From the NCBI RefSeq assembly GCF_009914755.1, contig NC_060947.1: 64,000 bases of DNA. One strand, 5' to 3'. Both the position numbers and the translations under genes were made by a program. Under the pieces are notes generated by a model. That model was not told where the DNA came from. It searched no databases and worked only from the letters and a program-made list of their open reading frames with translations. Positions 1-14,669 of the stretch are shown here, piece by piece (position 1 is the stretch's first letter; every line of letters starts with the position of its first letter). Source of the stretch: the human T2T-CHM13v2.0 reference genome, Homo sapiens.

Positions 1-335
1 GAGCTATTGAAGCCATTCCCAAACCAAGTCCTTAAAAGCACCCATCTGGTCGCCTAGCTGCCCAGTCTTCTCTTTTCCTGCTGCCACACCCTTGGGAGCC
101 ATGTGTTCCAAATGGTGCAGCTACAAGATGGCAGAGTCTAGGATGGAGGCCAGTGTGGTTGGAGTTGAATACAGGGGTAGAGTTGTAGATTCTCCTGTAG
201 ATTCTTCTCCTTTGTAGGGAAGATCCTCATTGACTATCTCCATTGGATTTTTGATGTGAGGGAGAAATATACCTTGGTGAAACCATTGGAGTTTTTTGGT
301 CACCACAGAATAAGTTAGCTATCTAATCAACACAT
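1..335 (+). mobile_element. Old MaLR/ERVL-type LTR 3' part (MLT1/LTR16-like)
   Basis: Motif gagccatgtgttccaaatggtgcagctacaagatgg and an LTR-like end ...ctaatcaacaca; recalled similarity only. Confidence 0.45.
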
Positions 336-526
336 CTCATTTCTATTTTTAAAATATTTTGCTCCGAGATATAATTGAGAAAGCAATACAAAGTTTGATG
401 TAGAACTACTTGATGAAGATAAGTGACCAAAACCTTTTACCATAGCAGGATTAAAGTATAATAAACTCTGAAATATTCCTATGATATTATTCTAGTTTAT
501 TATATTCATGTCTGTACAGGAAATGA

Positions 527-871
<345 letters not shown>

Positions 872-1070
872 ACAAATTCTTACAAACAAAAATCACGGAA
901 CAGAATCTAACTGTTTGATGTATGTTTTATATCTCTATAATGTTATAAGGTCCTGGGATGGAAATTATCACAATATTAATCACACCTTTCTCCTTGATAC
1001 TTGTTTTCGCTTAGTTTCTAGAACACCACCTTCTTCTGATTTTCCTCCAATCTCAGCAGTCACTAATTCT

Positions 1071-1438
1071 TTTTTAAAATTATTTTTTATTTTACTTTAA
1101 GGTCTGGGATACAAGTGCAGAACGTGTAGGTTTGTTGTTGTAGGTAAACGTGTGCCATGGTGGTTTGCTGTACTTATCAACCCGTCATCTAGGTTTTAAG
1201 CCCTGCATGCATTAGCTATTTGTCTTAATGCTTTCCCTTCCCTTGCCCCCAACCCCCAACTGGCCCCAGTGTGTGTTGTTCCCCTCCCTGTGTCCGTGTG
1301 TTCTGATTGTTCAACTCCCACTTATGAGTGAGAACATGCAGTGTTTGGTTTTCTGCTGCTGTGTTAATTTGCTGAGAATGATGGCTTCCAGCTTAATCCA
1401 TGTCCCTGCAAAGGATATGATCTCATTTCTTTTTATGG
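1071..1438 (-). mobile_element. L1PA 3' end (5'-truncated, L1PA7-8-like)
   Basis: Antisense L1 3'UTR; TSD cag(t/c)cactaattct at 1057-1070 and 1441-1454. Confidence 0.95.
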
Positions 1439-2194
1439 AACAGCCACTAATTCTAAGTCCCTTTTGCTGGTTTCTTCTAATCTCCTTAAATTCTGAAGGT
1501 CTGGCCGCTCCAGGCCTCAGTCCTTGGACCTATTCTCTTTTCTACATAAAATCCTCACTTGATCTTATCATTTATTTTCAGGACTATAAATGCCATGTAT
1601 ACATCAAGAACTCCAAATTCATATCTCCAGTTGTGATTCTCCCCTGAACTCCAGATTTGTATATCTAGCTGACTTCTTGACATCTCCATTTGGATGTCTA
1701 ACAGGCACATCAAACTTAGCATAAGCAAAACTAAATTCATGATCTTTCTCCTGGAGACCTCTTCCTTCCACAGTCTTTCTTGTCTCAGTAATAGGCAATT
1801 CCATTTTTCCAGTTGCTTAGGCTGAAATTCTTGGAGTCAGTTTTGGCTCCTCTCTTTCATTTCATACATTCAATCTGTCAGCAAATTCAGAATCCAACTA
1901 CGTATTTCCCCACTGCTTTCACAATGTTCTTTATTTGGATTATTGCCTTCTAACTGCACTACCACAATCTATTTTCAACACTGAAGCTAGAGTAATCTTG
2001 TTAAAATATAAAAGTCAGGTTATGCCATTCTTCTGTTTAAAACCTTCCATTGGCTGCCTATCATTCTCTTAATAAAGTCCAAGTCCTTATAATGACCTAC
2101 AGAGCCGCACAAGATTGATCCTCCATGGTCTCCTTAACCTTCTTTTGCTCTCTCCTTGGATTCAAGTTCAACCACACTGGTCTCCATCCTATGC

Positions 2195-2512
2195 TTTTTT
2201 TTTTTTTTTTTGAGACAGGGTCTTGCTCTATAACCTGAGCTGGAGGGTAGTAGCTAGTGGCATGATCATGGCTGACTGCAGCCTCAACCTCCTGGGCTCA
2301 AGCAATCCTCCCACCTCAGCCTCCCAAGTATCTGGGACTACAGGCATATGGCACACCATACCCAGCTAGCTGTTTAATTATTTATTTATTTTTTGTAGAG
2401 ATGGGGTCTCACTATGTTTCCCACGATGGTCTTGAACTCCTGGGCTCAAGTGATCTTCCTACCTTAGCCTCCCAAAGTGCTGGGATTACAGGCACAAACC
2501 GCCACACCCAGA
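2195..2512 (-). mobile_element. AluJ
   Basis: gagacagggtcttgctc...ctcctgggctcaagcaatcctcccacc; TSD ctccatcctat(g/t)cttt at 2182-2197 and 2513-2528. Confidence 0.95.
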
Positions 2513-3434
2513 CTCCATCCTATTCTTTAAACAAACTAGGCATCCTCCCAACACAAGTCCTTGAGAAGAAAACCTTACTGTTTTCTCTGCCTGGAACACC
2601 CTTTTTCCCAGGTATCCACAGGCCTTCTCCCTCATCTCTTCTGGAAGTTTGCTTGAATGTTACCTTCACAGTGAAACTTCTTCTTACCAGCCCATTTAAA
2701 AATGTACTCCCCCAAACTCAGCCCTTCCCATCTTTCTTCCATTCTTTAAATTTCTTCATATTGCTATTCACCATCTTACATGTCATACTTACTTGTTTAC
2801 CATCTCTCTCTCTCTTCCACTAAAATATAAACTTTATGATTATTCATATTTTGTGTATTTTATTCACTGCTATATCACCAGCACCTAGAACAGTGCCTGG
2901 AACAAAGTAATTGATAAATAATTATCAAACAAATTAATGAGTGAAGAAAGAAATGAAGGAATGAATTTTACTACAGGATATAAGAGATGTTGACCTTAAA
3001 CTATTTCAGACGGATGCTTAAAATATTATCTCATGGTGGCCACCCATTCAGTGGATTACAGTTGAATCCTGTTACTGACTAACAGCATATATGCCAAGGT
3101 TTAACAGCCTTAATTGTGTGAGAGTTATTTCTATCTGACTTGCAGAGGTTTAAAGAGATTTCTGTTCCTTGCTCAGTAAAAGTGGATAAAACTAGTTAGA
3201 ATGCATCATATGATTATATTATCCAGGGTCTAGTTAGAAATACAGAAACCATACTAGGTACTTCAACTGAAGAAACTTAATGCAGGCAACTGACCACACA
3301 ATCATTGGAGGGTAGAACGATCAAAAAGGGAAGATTGAGGCAATCCATGGATTATAACTATAAGAAGGAGCTGCTACTGCTGGGGTTGGGAGAATAAAAT
3401 ACAGAGAGGGATGATCAAAACTAAGAAGCTTGAA

Positions 3435-4003
3435 AAGTATCATATAACCCAATAATTCCACTTTTATGTACATACTCAAGAGAAATGAAAACATATGTCT
3501 ACACAAAACTTGTGCACAAATGTTCATAGTAGAAGTATTCATAATATCCAAAAAAGTAGAAACAACTGAAATATCCATTAACTGATGAAAAAACAAAATT
3601 GGTATATCCATATGATGGAATACTACTCAGCCATGAAAATGAATGATGTACTCATACATGTTACAACACGGATAAACCTTGAAAGCATCATGCGAAGTGA
3701 AAGAAGCCAGACACAAAAGCCAAAAATTGTATGGTTTTACTTATATGAAGTGTCCAAAATAGGCAATCAGTAGAGACATAAAAGCAGGCTAGTGGTTGCT
3801 TAGGGCTGGGGGAGAGGTGGAAAATGGGAAGTGACTACTGATTGGCACTGGATTTCTTTTGGGGATGGCAAAAATGTTCTAAAATTGGGTTGTGTTGACA
3901 GTTGGACAACTCTGGAGTATACTAAAAACCGCTAAATTGTTCACTTTAAATGGATGAATTTAGTATGTAAATTATAACTCAACAAAGCTGCTTAAAATAA
4001 AAG
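3435..4003 (+). mobile_element. L1M (L1MB-like) 3' end inserted in the ERVL LTR
   Basis: gagaaatgaaaacatatgtctacacaaaacttg...tggaatactactcagcc...aactcaacaaagctg. Confidence 0.9.
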
Positions 4004-4792
4004 AATATTGGAAGAGGGGCTCTGTGGATCTAGGGTGCAGACCACTGATGAGGGGCCCAAACTGGCTACTTCTGGTACCTCTGAGGAGCCATGATAAAGC
4101 TAATTTGGGGAAGGAAAAAAATGTTGGCAGCTGGAACCAACTGTACTGCTGGGATAAAGGGATATCGCTGTTAGGATGATACAGTGACAGCAAGTTAACA
4201 GGAGAAATTCTCTTTTCTTCCCCCTCTCCCCAAACTTTTAATCTCTGTCTAGCACCCCCTACCATCAGAACTTCGCAGGAAGCCAGATGGCAAAGGAGAA
4301 ATATAGTTTGCTGAGTTCCAGTCTCAAAACAGAGTACAGAAGGGTGGATTTGAGTTATTAATGGCCTAAAAATGTATAGGATACAGACCTGTGCCACCTC
4401 AGGGTCCATGCATACCTGTTTACACATATGTTAAATTACATTCAACCAAAGATTATTCTGCTTAATGATATACAGTTATCCTCTGCATAAACAAACATAC
4501 TCTCATCTTCTCTTCAAAAAAGAGAAAGATGAAGTCTCAACAATCATGGTAGTCATCTCTGGTTGGCAGTTACTCTCTTTCTGGAGAAATTTTATTTTTC
4601 CCTTAGTTTGGTTACACTTGTACCTGAATCTTCTGTAAGCCATGCAATTTCTGAATCTAAAATTATTTCAAAGTATAACAAAGACTAAATTTTGAGGTTA
4701 ACTACTACCACCAATACTTACATAAAATAAGATAAAATACTTAAATAATACTTATGTAAAAGAAGGGAAAAGAAGATAGAAAAATGGAGTTA

Positions 4793-4797
<5 letters not shown>

Positions 4798-4830
<33 letters not shown>
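4798..4830. repeat. (CA)n microsatellite
   Basis: Direct read. Confidence 0.99.
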
Positions 4831-4834
<4 letters not shown>

Positions 4835-5069
4835 GGCATATATAGATACAAATGTACAAAACAGGAGGCAAGGAAGTAAATATAACTGAAGATTTCATTT
4901 CTATAACTGAAGGCCTGTAACTATTCACAGTGCCTTCATTGATATTTATAAATTTCTTCTTCCATTGGTTATTCTGTATTTCTTTTCCCTGAGACAGTTG
5001 GTTGCTATTATTTTACCTGGTTGGATGGTTCTACCTATTTTTTGTTTTGTTTCATTTCTTGGTGAGGCG

Positions 5070-5355
5070 GGGCTTACTGTTAACTTTCACTGTCAAAAAT
5101 AGAAAGTAACAGAGAGATCCTCAGAGAATCCTTTGGATTCCAGATGTAATCTACCCTGACCCTATTGAATAGAAGCAACTCAGTCTTCTCTTAGTAATCC
5201 AAATCAATCATCTCAATTAGGACAGGACTTTATCCTTCTTCGCCTTTGGAGTCAGGGGCATCAGGAGTCCAAAACAGCCAGTGCTAGTCTCAGCTTCCAA
5301 TTCAGTGAAGCCATATTGTGTCCTCTGCTTGGAACCAAAGCCCCCAAAGGAGCAG
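5070..5355 (-). pseudogene. ERVL dUTPase relic
   Basis: Manual translation LNWKLRL / FGLLMPL / MIDLDY*EKTELLLFN...YIWN...VKVN resembles ERVL LNWKLRLPPGHFGLL...VIDPDYQDEISLLLHN; frameshifted. Confidence 0.8.
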
Positions 5356-5609
5356 AACCCAGGTAATTAGTTTAAATGCAAACATTCTGTGAGCAGGATA
5401 TTAGGTGTGATGGTGAGAGGATTCACTTCCACTTTCATCCCTTTATTCTTGGGCCCAGGATTTCTGCCTATGGGAGCTAGATATGGATATTGCTTGCTGA
5501 TTCAAAGTGTTTTTCTATCTCCTGTGAGATAGAGCTCAGTATTTTTATCTTGTTTATCTCCCAACTGGACATAATTAAACCTTTAGTTGGGCTTTTCTTC
5601 CTCCTATAA

Positions 5610-6012
5610 GGTGATGCTTCTGGGTGATGGAGTATAAGGTAAAGTCAATGAATTCCACGGGTGTGCATTCATTGCCACACATTTTTTCCTGTGAACTGAG
5701 TTTTTGGTTAGAAGCAATGATTTGTGGGACATAGTGATGGTGAATAAAGCATTCTGTGTGTGCACAGATGGTGGTGCTGGCAGAAACATTATTGACAGGG
5801 AAGGCAAATCAATATCTTGAAGACCTGTCTACTCGTGAAGAGAAAACACTACTCTGTTGGTGACAGACGGGATCGGTATAATTAACCTGCCTGCCACCAG
5901 GTTGCTGGCTGGTCTTCTGGGACAATGGTGCCATACTGGTGACTTAGTATTTGGTTTCTGCCATTAGTAGTTTAGGCACTCAGCAGTAGCAGTTGCTATG
6001 TCAGCTGTGGTG
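5610..6012 (-). pseudogene. ERVL integrase relic
   Basis: Manual translation ADIATATAEC...YGTIVPEDQPATWWQ...VDRSSRY*FAFPVNNVSASTTICAHTECFIHHHYVPQIIASNQ/TQFTGKNVWQ*MHTRGIH*LYLILHHPEA resembles HERV-L/MuERV-L integrase. Confidence 0.9.
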
Positions 6013-6349
6013 ACAGACACGGCTAGCATACAGGAAAAGGAAAGTCCCCTTTTCCTGCCTGCTAATCTTCCTTTAGTGCTTCCTATTGGCAAAACCAAAT
6101 AGGAAGATAACTGTTAAGGGAGAAATGTAGTTTAACTGAAGCCATAGCTTCACAAAGCGGAATAAAGACTGGTGACTTTAGTTCCACAAGACAATAGCTT
6201 ACTAACCGTCTGTACCTGGTAAGTATAATTCTCCTCTTTTGGGGCAGAAGAAACTGCATGAAGCTAGGCCTTTTACTTGAACTGAGAGTCATGAGGGCAA
6301 AACAGGACCAGCGTGGGCTTTGTTGTTAAATGTCCATCCCATCACAGAA

Positions 6350-6510
6350 CAGTTATGTGTGAGATGGGGCAAATCACCTGATTCCTATGATCCTCTGTTT
6401 TTCTATCCATGAATGGTGAATAAAACCATCTCATACACCTGATGTGAAAATTACACGAAATACATGAGGTAACATCTGTCAAAGCACTTGTTACTGAATA
6501 AATATTGTTT
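6350..6510 (+). mobile_element. MIR fragment
   Basis: Degenerate core ctctgtttttctatccatgaatgg...gtcaaagcactt. Confidence 0.65.
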
Positions 6511-6583
6511 CTTATCACCCAAATATTTCTAGTTTGAATCAATGATCACTGATTTGAGTTTGGAATGACTTATTACCTTTTAA

Positions 6584-6807
6584 CAATGGTTCTCACTGGG
6601 GTTATTTTGACCCCCAGGAGACACTTGGAAATGTCTGGAGACATTTTTGGATGTCACAACTGGGTTGGGGATGTTAATGGCATCTAGAGCATAAAGGCTA
6701 GAGGTACTTCTAAATATCATACAATGCACAGACCCCCTGCCACCCAAACCCCAGCAACAAATAGATAAAGCTCCATATATTAATAGTGCCAAGGCTGAGA
6801 AGCCCTG
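6584..6807 (+). mobile_element. MER20 (hAT-Charlie)
   Basis: caatggttctca...aatgtctggagacatttttgg...gctgagaagccctg; degenerate 8-bp TSD ccttttaa/tcttataa. Confidence 0.9.
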
Positions 6808-7184
6808 TCTTATAATCAGGGCCAGTATGAGTACTTATACACTAAAGCTACTTTCTCAGACGGGAAGGCCAAAGGAAAATAACTTCAAAAGTGGTTGAAC
6901 TGTGTTTACTGACTCCTTGACACATTGCCTTGGTTCAGCTCCTAGCCATGCCTCTCATATGGGTTCATATGGTGCTTTTAGATTATATTACAATAGCATA
7001 GCACAAGAGCACTTACAGAAGATAAATAGCTGCCAAACTGGCCCAGAGACCAGCCGTCTTCCTTTCTAAATTTATAGCCGTCTGATCTTTTGTCTCACAG
7101 AGCAAGGAATGAGCCAGCCGCATATTCTCTTCCCCAGGTTAAACAACAGAGACATCTTAGACAGCTTCAGCAGCAGCAAGAGGT

Positions 7185-7265
7185 AAAACTTACTTAAGAG
7201 AGTGTTCACTGAGTACCAGGCACTATGCTAAACACTTTGCATGCATTATCTCATTTAACTTTTCT
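7185..7265 (-). mobile_element. MIR fragment
   Basis: ccaggcactatgctaaacactttgcatgcattatctcatttaa. Confidence 0.7.
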
Positions 7266-7874
7266 TCAGAGGCTTAACTTTTTTTCTTTTCTTATATTCA
7301 GCCATCATATCAGATTGTATTGAAGTGGTAACTCTTTAAATGGTACTGCAGGGGCATTCAGAGGATGTGGGTATTAATGACTGAGAATGGTGAGTGCTAT
7401 GCAGGTATTATGCTTTGTGTGTTCTCCTTCCTTGGAAAACAAACTATCTGAAGAGAGAAATTAATCATTGACTTTCTGTCATTCAGTTTGATGCATGTTG
7501 TCTATATATGACTGAATGAAAACCAATAGCAACATCTCAACTTTTCAGTTTAGGAAATTATTTTGCACTTTTCTTTTGGTCTTTATATTATAATAATCCA
7601 AAAGAAAATTACATCACAAATCCTGCAGAGATATGGCCAAAGTCATTGTGATTGTCTGTATGACGAAGGACTTTTCCATAAATTTTGATCACTAAATATT
7701 TGACTTTGTTATTCCATAACAAAATACTATTTCTGAAAATGTGACTCTATAGGCTTCTACCTTAAGGAAAATAAAATGGAGAATCAAATTCTAGAGTAGC
7801 AATGCACACTCACATGCACTTGGATTTTCTTTAATCGTTCCCTATATTGAAGAAATGCTTATCCTATGCTCCAG

Positions 7875-8050
7875 AAAGCCCTGGCTTTAGAGTCAGACAT
7901 ATCTTTTATGACTTTGGGTAAGCTATATAATTTTTAAGAAACTCAATAAAATGGGGATAACAAGACCTACTTCACAGAGTCTTTAGGAGGATTATAGAAA
8001 AACAAAGGCAGTGTGTGTAGTATATAGTTGATGCTCTATAAATGCTATTT
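7875..8050 (+). mobile_element. MIR fragment
   Basis: ctggctttagagtcagac...aaaatggggataacaagacctacttcacag. Confidence 0.75.
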
Positions 8051-8114
8051 GTATTTTCCTTCTGTAGCTTTAAAATGGCATTTCCAAGGGACTACAGTAA
8101 ATACCATTATTAAT

Positions 8115-8570
8115 AAGATATATCACTATCATGAGTCCTTTGGTATGATGCGTTCTGCCAAAAATACATAACTTAACTTCAACTGTTAGAAACATCAGAT
8201 AAACCCCAAATGGGCAGCATTTTACAAAGTATCCAATCAATGCTTTTCAAAAGTATTAACATCATTAAAGATGGAAAAACTAAAGAACTATTACACATGG
8301 AGGAGACGAGAGAGACATAACCACACACAAAATGGGATTTTTGATAAGACATTGCAATAGAAAAAGGACATTAGGGAAAAAATTGGTGAAGCTTGAATAA
8401 ATTTTTCCATTTAGTTAATAATATTCCAACATTAATTTCCTGTTCTTGATAATTGTGCTATTGTTGGGTAAGATGTAAACATTAGGAAAAGCAGGCGAGT
8501 TATATAAGGGAACTCTTTATACTATTTTCACAACTTTTCTGTTAGCCTAAAATTAGCTTAGAGTAAAAAA
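8115..8570 (+). mobile_element. L1MC-like 3' end
   Basis: aaacatcagataaacccc...gaactctttatactattttcacaacttttctg. Confidence 0.8.
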
Positions 8571-8884
8571 AGATCTAATAAGTTGTTGAAAGATAAATAC
8601 ATGTATGCTTCCTGTTAGTTGTATTTCATTAATTCTCCCAAATAGTGAAACAAAGTTTCCAAAAAGCAATACTTTCCTTCTATAGGGACTAAAACTCTCT
8701 TACTCACATAAACATATACACATGCACATGTAACTGCAAGACAGTTTAGAAATATATATCAAATGCCTTAAAATATGCATACATTTTAACTGTGCTGTTC
8801 CAAATCTAGAAATTTATTCCAAGAATGGTTTTCTTGGAATAAATTTCAGTATTCTTTCATAAGATGTTCAATATGTATTAGTTA

Positions 8885-10860
<1,976 letters not shown>

Positions 10861-11187
10861 TATTGGTTAAATAATTGAATATTTTGAAGTTTCTCAATAA
10901 AGATGTCTTTCACAGGATAATTTTTCATAATGGAAAGAAGAAACAGCCTAAATCTGTGCCAAACAAAAAAATTGAATTAAAAAAATGGAATAGCTTCAAC
11001 TATTAAAAATGTTGATGTAGAGATTTATTGACATGGAAAGGTGCTCAGAATACATTGCTAATTGAAAAACATCAGGTTATGAAATCTCATTTTTGTTAAA
11101 ACTATATTCTTAAAAATATAAAAGGATCTATTCAAATGTTCTCTGATTATCTCTGAATGATGGGATTTTGCATGCAGAAAGAACTAT

Positions 11188-12448
11188 GTTAAGATTGAAC
11201 TTTCAGGCGAGACAAGAAATTGCAATGGATAAGAGAGTTTAAAATGAGTCAGCTAAATCACCATAAGTGATTTGAAATGAAATGAGAACACAATCTTGTT
11301 CAAGGACTCCTGGACCCCTCAGCCATATCAAGGCTATAAAAAAGCATCAGAGACAGGACTTTGTAAAGGAGATTGCTGAAGAAATTTTATTGGAGAGAGC
11401 TGCTGCAGTGTTGTGGGTCCTCACTTCCTTTAGAGGTAGAGTGGGAAGGGGTTACCTTCTAACTCCATCCCAGTCAGGGGACCTTAAAGGAAAGCACTGA
11501 TAGAGTTTGAAATGTGTTTCCTGCTGTTGGGAGATGTGGAGACTGGTGTCTGACTCTTGCCTGCGAAAGCTGCAGAGGAGTGAGGACTGAAGCCAGATTA
11601 CTGCCCAGAAATGAAAACGAAGGTGAAGCAAGGGGTGAGAAACTGGACTGTTTCCATAGCTAAGAGAGGGCTTCTGTATTTGGATAACCTGAATTTCCAG
11701 TTTGTGATGTAGCACATGCAAATAGGAGTGTTTCTTCTGGTCTCGATTTGGGCCACAAGAGATTGAGCAGCCACTTTGGGAGTGTTATGGGGCCTCTCCA
11801 ATATGGTGGCTCAAGAGATCTGAGCAAAAAGAGGTTGGAGGTTTACCACAAAATGCTCAGCATCTAAGGGAGAAATAAGATGTATCCTTTACTCAAAGGA
11901 CTGAGGACAGAGTGAACCAGCAGGGAAACACTGAAGAGGACTTTGCATGTCCCAGGAGATAGTTTGAAACATCTTTGAAGCTCAGTGAGTATAATGACTA
12001 CTTAAGGTATTACAAGATTAAATATGAGCATTTTTCTCTTCTCCTCTCTCCCCACATCCACCTGGTTCTAAAGGAGTCACAGGTTTTAGTATGGCCCATG
12101 TGTGTTATAATAAGCATTTATCTACACTTGGTTTTAACCAAAAGGTGGAGAAGCAATAACGTGCATTTATCTAAAGAGTGACAATATACTAAAGCTCAAA
12201 TTTAAAATCAGAATTGAGGCCCCAGATAGAAGTTTGGGTGTTCGAGTATTTGTTGTTTTCTTGTAAGTCACCTCAGGTTACATTAGTACTAAGGATAGTA
12301 CGAATTAGGATGATCCCTTCAGGTAAGTGTGGACGTAGCATCCATCAGAGCAGTTAAGTTTCAGCAGGAATATATGACATGCTCTGAAATGGAGGCTAAA
12401 AGCTACTTGCACTTTTATTTCCTGATAATAGAATAAATATTAATTACA
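11188..12448 (+). mobile_element. Possible ancient Gypsy-like LTR (MamGypLTR/LTR85-class)
   Basis: TG...CA-bounded purine-rich ~1.2-kb block with AATAAA near its end; recalled resemblance only. Confidence 0.4.
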
Positions 12449-13302
12449 AAGGAGGTTCATATTCTACTGAGGAGATCTGAAAATATATGTATAAAGAATT
12501 CAAATACATGAATTAGTTAGTTTTTTTTTTTTTTTTTCCTCCCAAGACCATGCTCGCTAGAGAAGATTAGAGTATTGGAATTGAATTGCTAAAAAAAAGT
12601 TGCCTTTCTTTTGGAAAATGTGGAAAATCTTTTTTTGGGGCCATCCTTGTTTCTCTTCTCCTTTAATTCCCATTTGACTCATTCTACTACATCTTGACTA
12701 TGTCTCCATGATGATTATGCTCCAATCAGCATGACATTACTTCAACAGCTGTACTAATTTTCATTCATAGAACCCACTCCCACTGCTATTCCAAGCAGAG
12801 CATGCCCATGACTCTGGTGGAGCACTGATGTCTCCTGGGAAGATTCAATATACACTTCCTGTATCATGGGCTAACTCATTTGAATTGGTCTTTCATTTTT
12901 GTTGAGGAAGAAAATGACAACTACTTTTTTTTTGAGGGGAGCTAGGCATGCTCTTGCTTTAAACACTAGGAAATGCAATGCCTCTAACTTGTTTCAATAA
13001 AAAGATGTAACATCATTGTACTATCTTCCGTCCCCACATGCAACTCGAAGCGTGTTCAGAGAGCAGGATACTGCTCAACTGACTGCTAGATTTACTGATG
13101 CTACCTTCATTCTATAGAAGGCAGTGACTGATGCCCGCTGCCTGCTGAATGCCTGTGCCAGGAACGCTGGCTTTATTACACTTCTGTTTGTCATAGTAAT
13201 TTCATAATTTAATAAAGAAAATTGCTTTATTAAGAAACTGAGCTGGGTACTTTGGAAAGAGTCTTGAAAAGAAAAGTTGCTCAGTCATTGCTGTCAAAAA
13301 GT

Positions 13303-13400
13303 GTGGGAGAGGATCAGTTGAGGCCAGGAATTTGAGGCTGCAGTGAGATAGGTGACAGAGCACGACCTTGTCTGTAAAACTAAAAAAAAAAAAAAAGAAA
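13303..13400 (+). mobile_element. Truncated Alu monomer fragment (FRAM/FLAM/AluJ-like)
   Basis: gaggatcagttgaggccaggaatttgaggctgcagtgag...ggtgacagagc plus A tail. Confidence 0.85.
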
Positions 13401-13765
13401 GTGTGGTGGACACAACTATAAAACATTAAGGGGATTTGTAAAAACTAGAAACATTCTGCACCTTGAATAAATTTGCAAGCAGCTTCAAATTGTCACCCCA
13501 CTTAAGACTAAACTAAACAAGAAACTTTAGTAAAAGTACTAAGCAAAACCATTTGAACTTTGGCAGACTTCTGCTAAAATAAAAAGTCATAGCCTCACAA
13601 GGAAAGAATGGGTAAGTGTATATACATTGATGTGCTGTTATTTAAAGTAGTTTATTAAAATGGGTATTATTTTTATAATTCCTTACTTTAAATGACTTTT
13701 TCAGTTTAAGAACCAGCTTCCAGTCCTGAGTGAATTGAAGAGAAATTCCACCCTCTGACCTAGAG

Positions 13766-14099
13766 CAGGGATTAGCAAACAACAGCCTGGGGATCAAATC
13801 GAGCCCGTCCCCTGTTTTTGTATGACCCATGAGCAAAGAATATTTTTACATTTCTAAATATTTGAAAAACAATCAAAAGAATATTTTGAGATATATAAAA
13901 GTTATACAAAATTCAAATTTCTATGTCTATGAATAAAGTTTTATTGAAATACAGCCACGTCCATTCTTTTAAGTACTGCCTATGGTTGTTTTCAAAACTA
14001 CAATAGCAGAGTGAGTAGTTGTGACAGAGATTATATGACCACAAAGACAAAAATATTTACTGTCTGGTGCTTTACAGAAAAAGAGTTTGCTGACCTCTG
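13766..14099 (+). mobile_element. MER58B (hAT-Charlie)
   Basis: TIRs caggg..gcaaac / gtttgctgacctctg; TSD acctagag/acctacag. Confidence 0.92.
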
Positions 14100-14669
14100 A
14101 CCTACAGCATTATGGAGAACTTTCTTCCCTCCCTTCTATTTTCCTTCGGTTTGATGGTGGGAGGCGTTTAAGGTCACCTTCTCCCCTCCAGGTCAACTGG
14201 ATAAATATTGCCTTCCTGTGGGCTAGGAGTCACATGAGGATGACATGCTTTTCTCAGCAATCAAACATTTTCTATGTCAGGACCAAGTGAAAAGAATCAA
14301 GAGTGACTTTTTAATGCACATTATTTACTCACAGGAAAGCTTTATTTAAGTATAGACAACTCTGAGTTCATCTTTTTTCTTCCGCTTCTTTTCGGGCCAG
14401 GTTGCCTCAAAGAACACAGCAATTCTTTTGCTTTGTTTCTATTCTGAAAGAATGATGTGGGTGAATGAGCTGGAGAAAAATGATTTTTTTTTTCCTGCTT
14501 GTGCATCTTGGTTTGATTTTCCTTTTGGAGTTGACAGATAATCCTCCTTTCTGATTTACTGGAAAATACTAGCATTCAGAGTTAGGTGTTGGACAGCCAA
14601 ATATATGATTTAAAAAAGGAGAAAACAATAAAAACCACATCCATTGCTGTTTTTTTTTTTTTTTTTTTG

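Larger units (their letters stand above)
975..2966 (+). mobile_element. L2 (L2a-like) 3' region, interrupted by L1PA and AluJ
   Basis: L2 motifs catctccatttggatgtctaacaggcacatcaaacttagc and gcacctagaacagtgcctgg; atga/gaat-type tail. Confidence 0.9.
3214..6215 (-). mobile_element. Ancient internally deleted ERVL-class provirus (3' LTR ~3214-4385, internal ~4386-6015, 5' LTR remnant ~6030-6215)
   Basis: Integrase and dUTPase relics on the minus strand; shared LTR segment ggaagccagatggcaaaggagaaatatagttt (~4280) vs ggaagataactgttaagggagaaatgtagttt (~6100). Confidence 0.8.
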
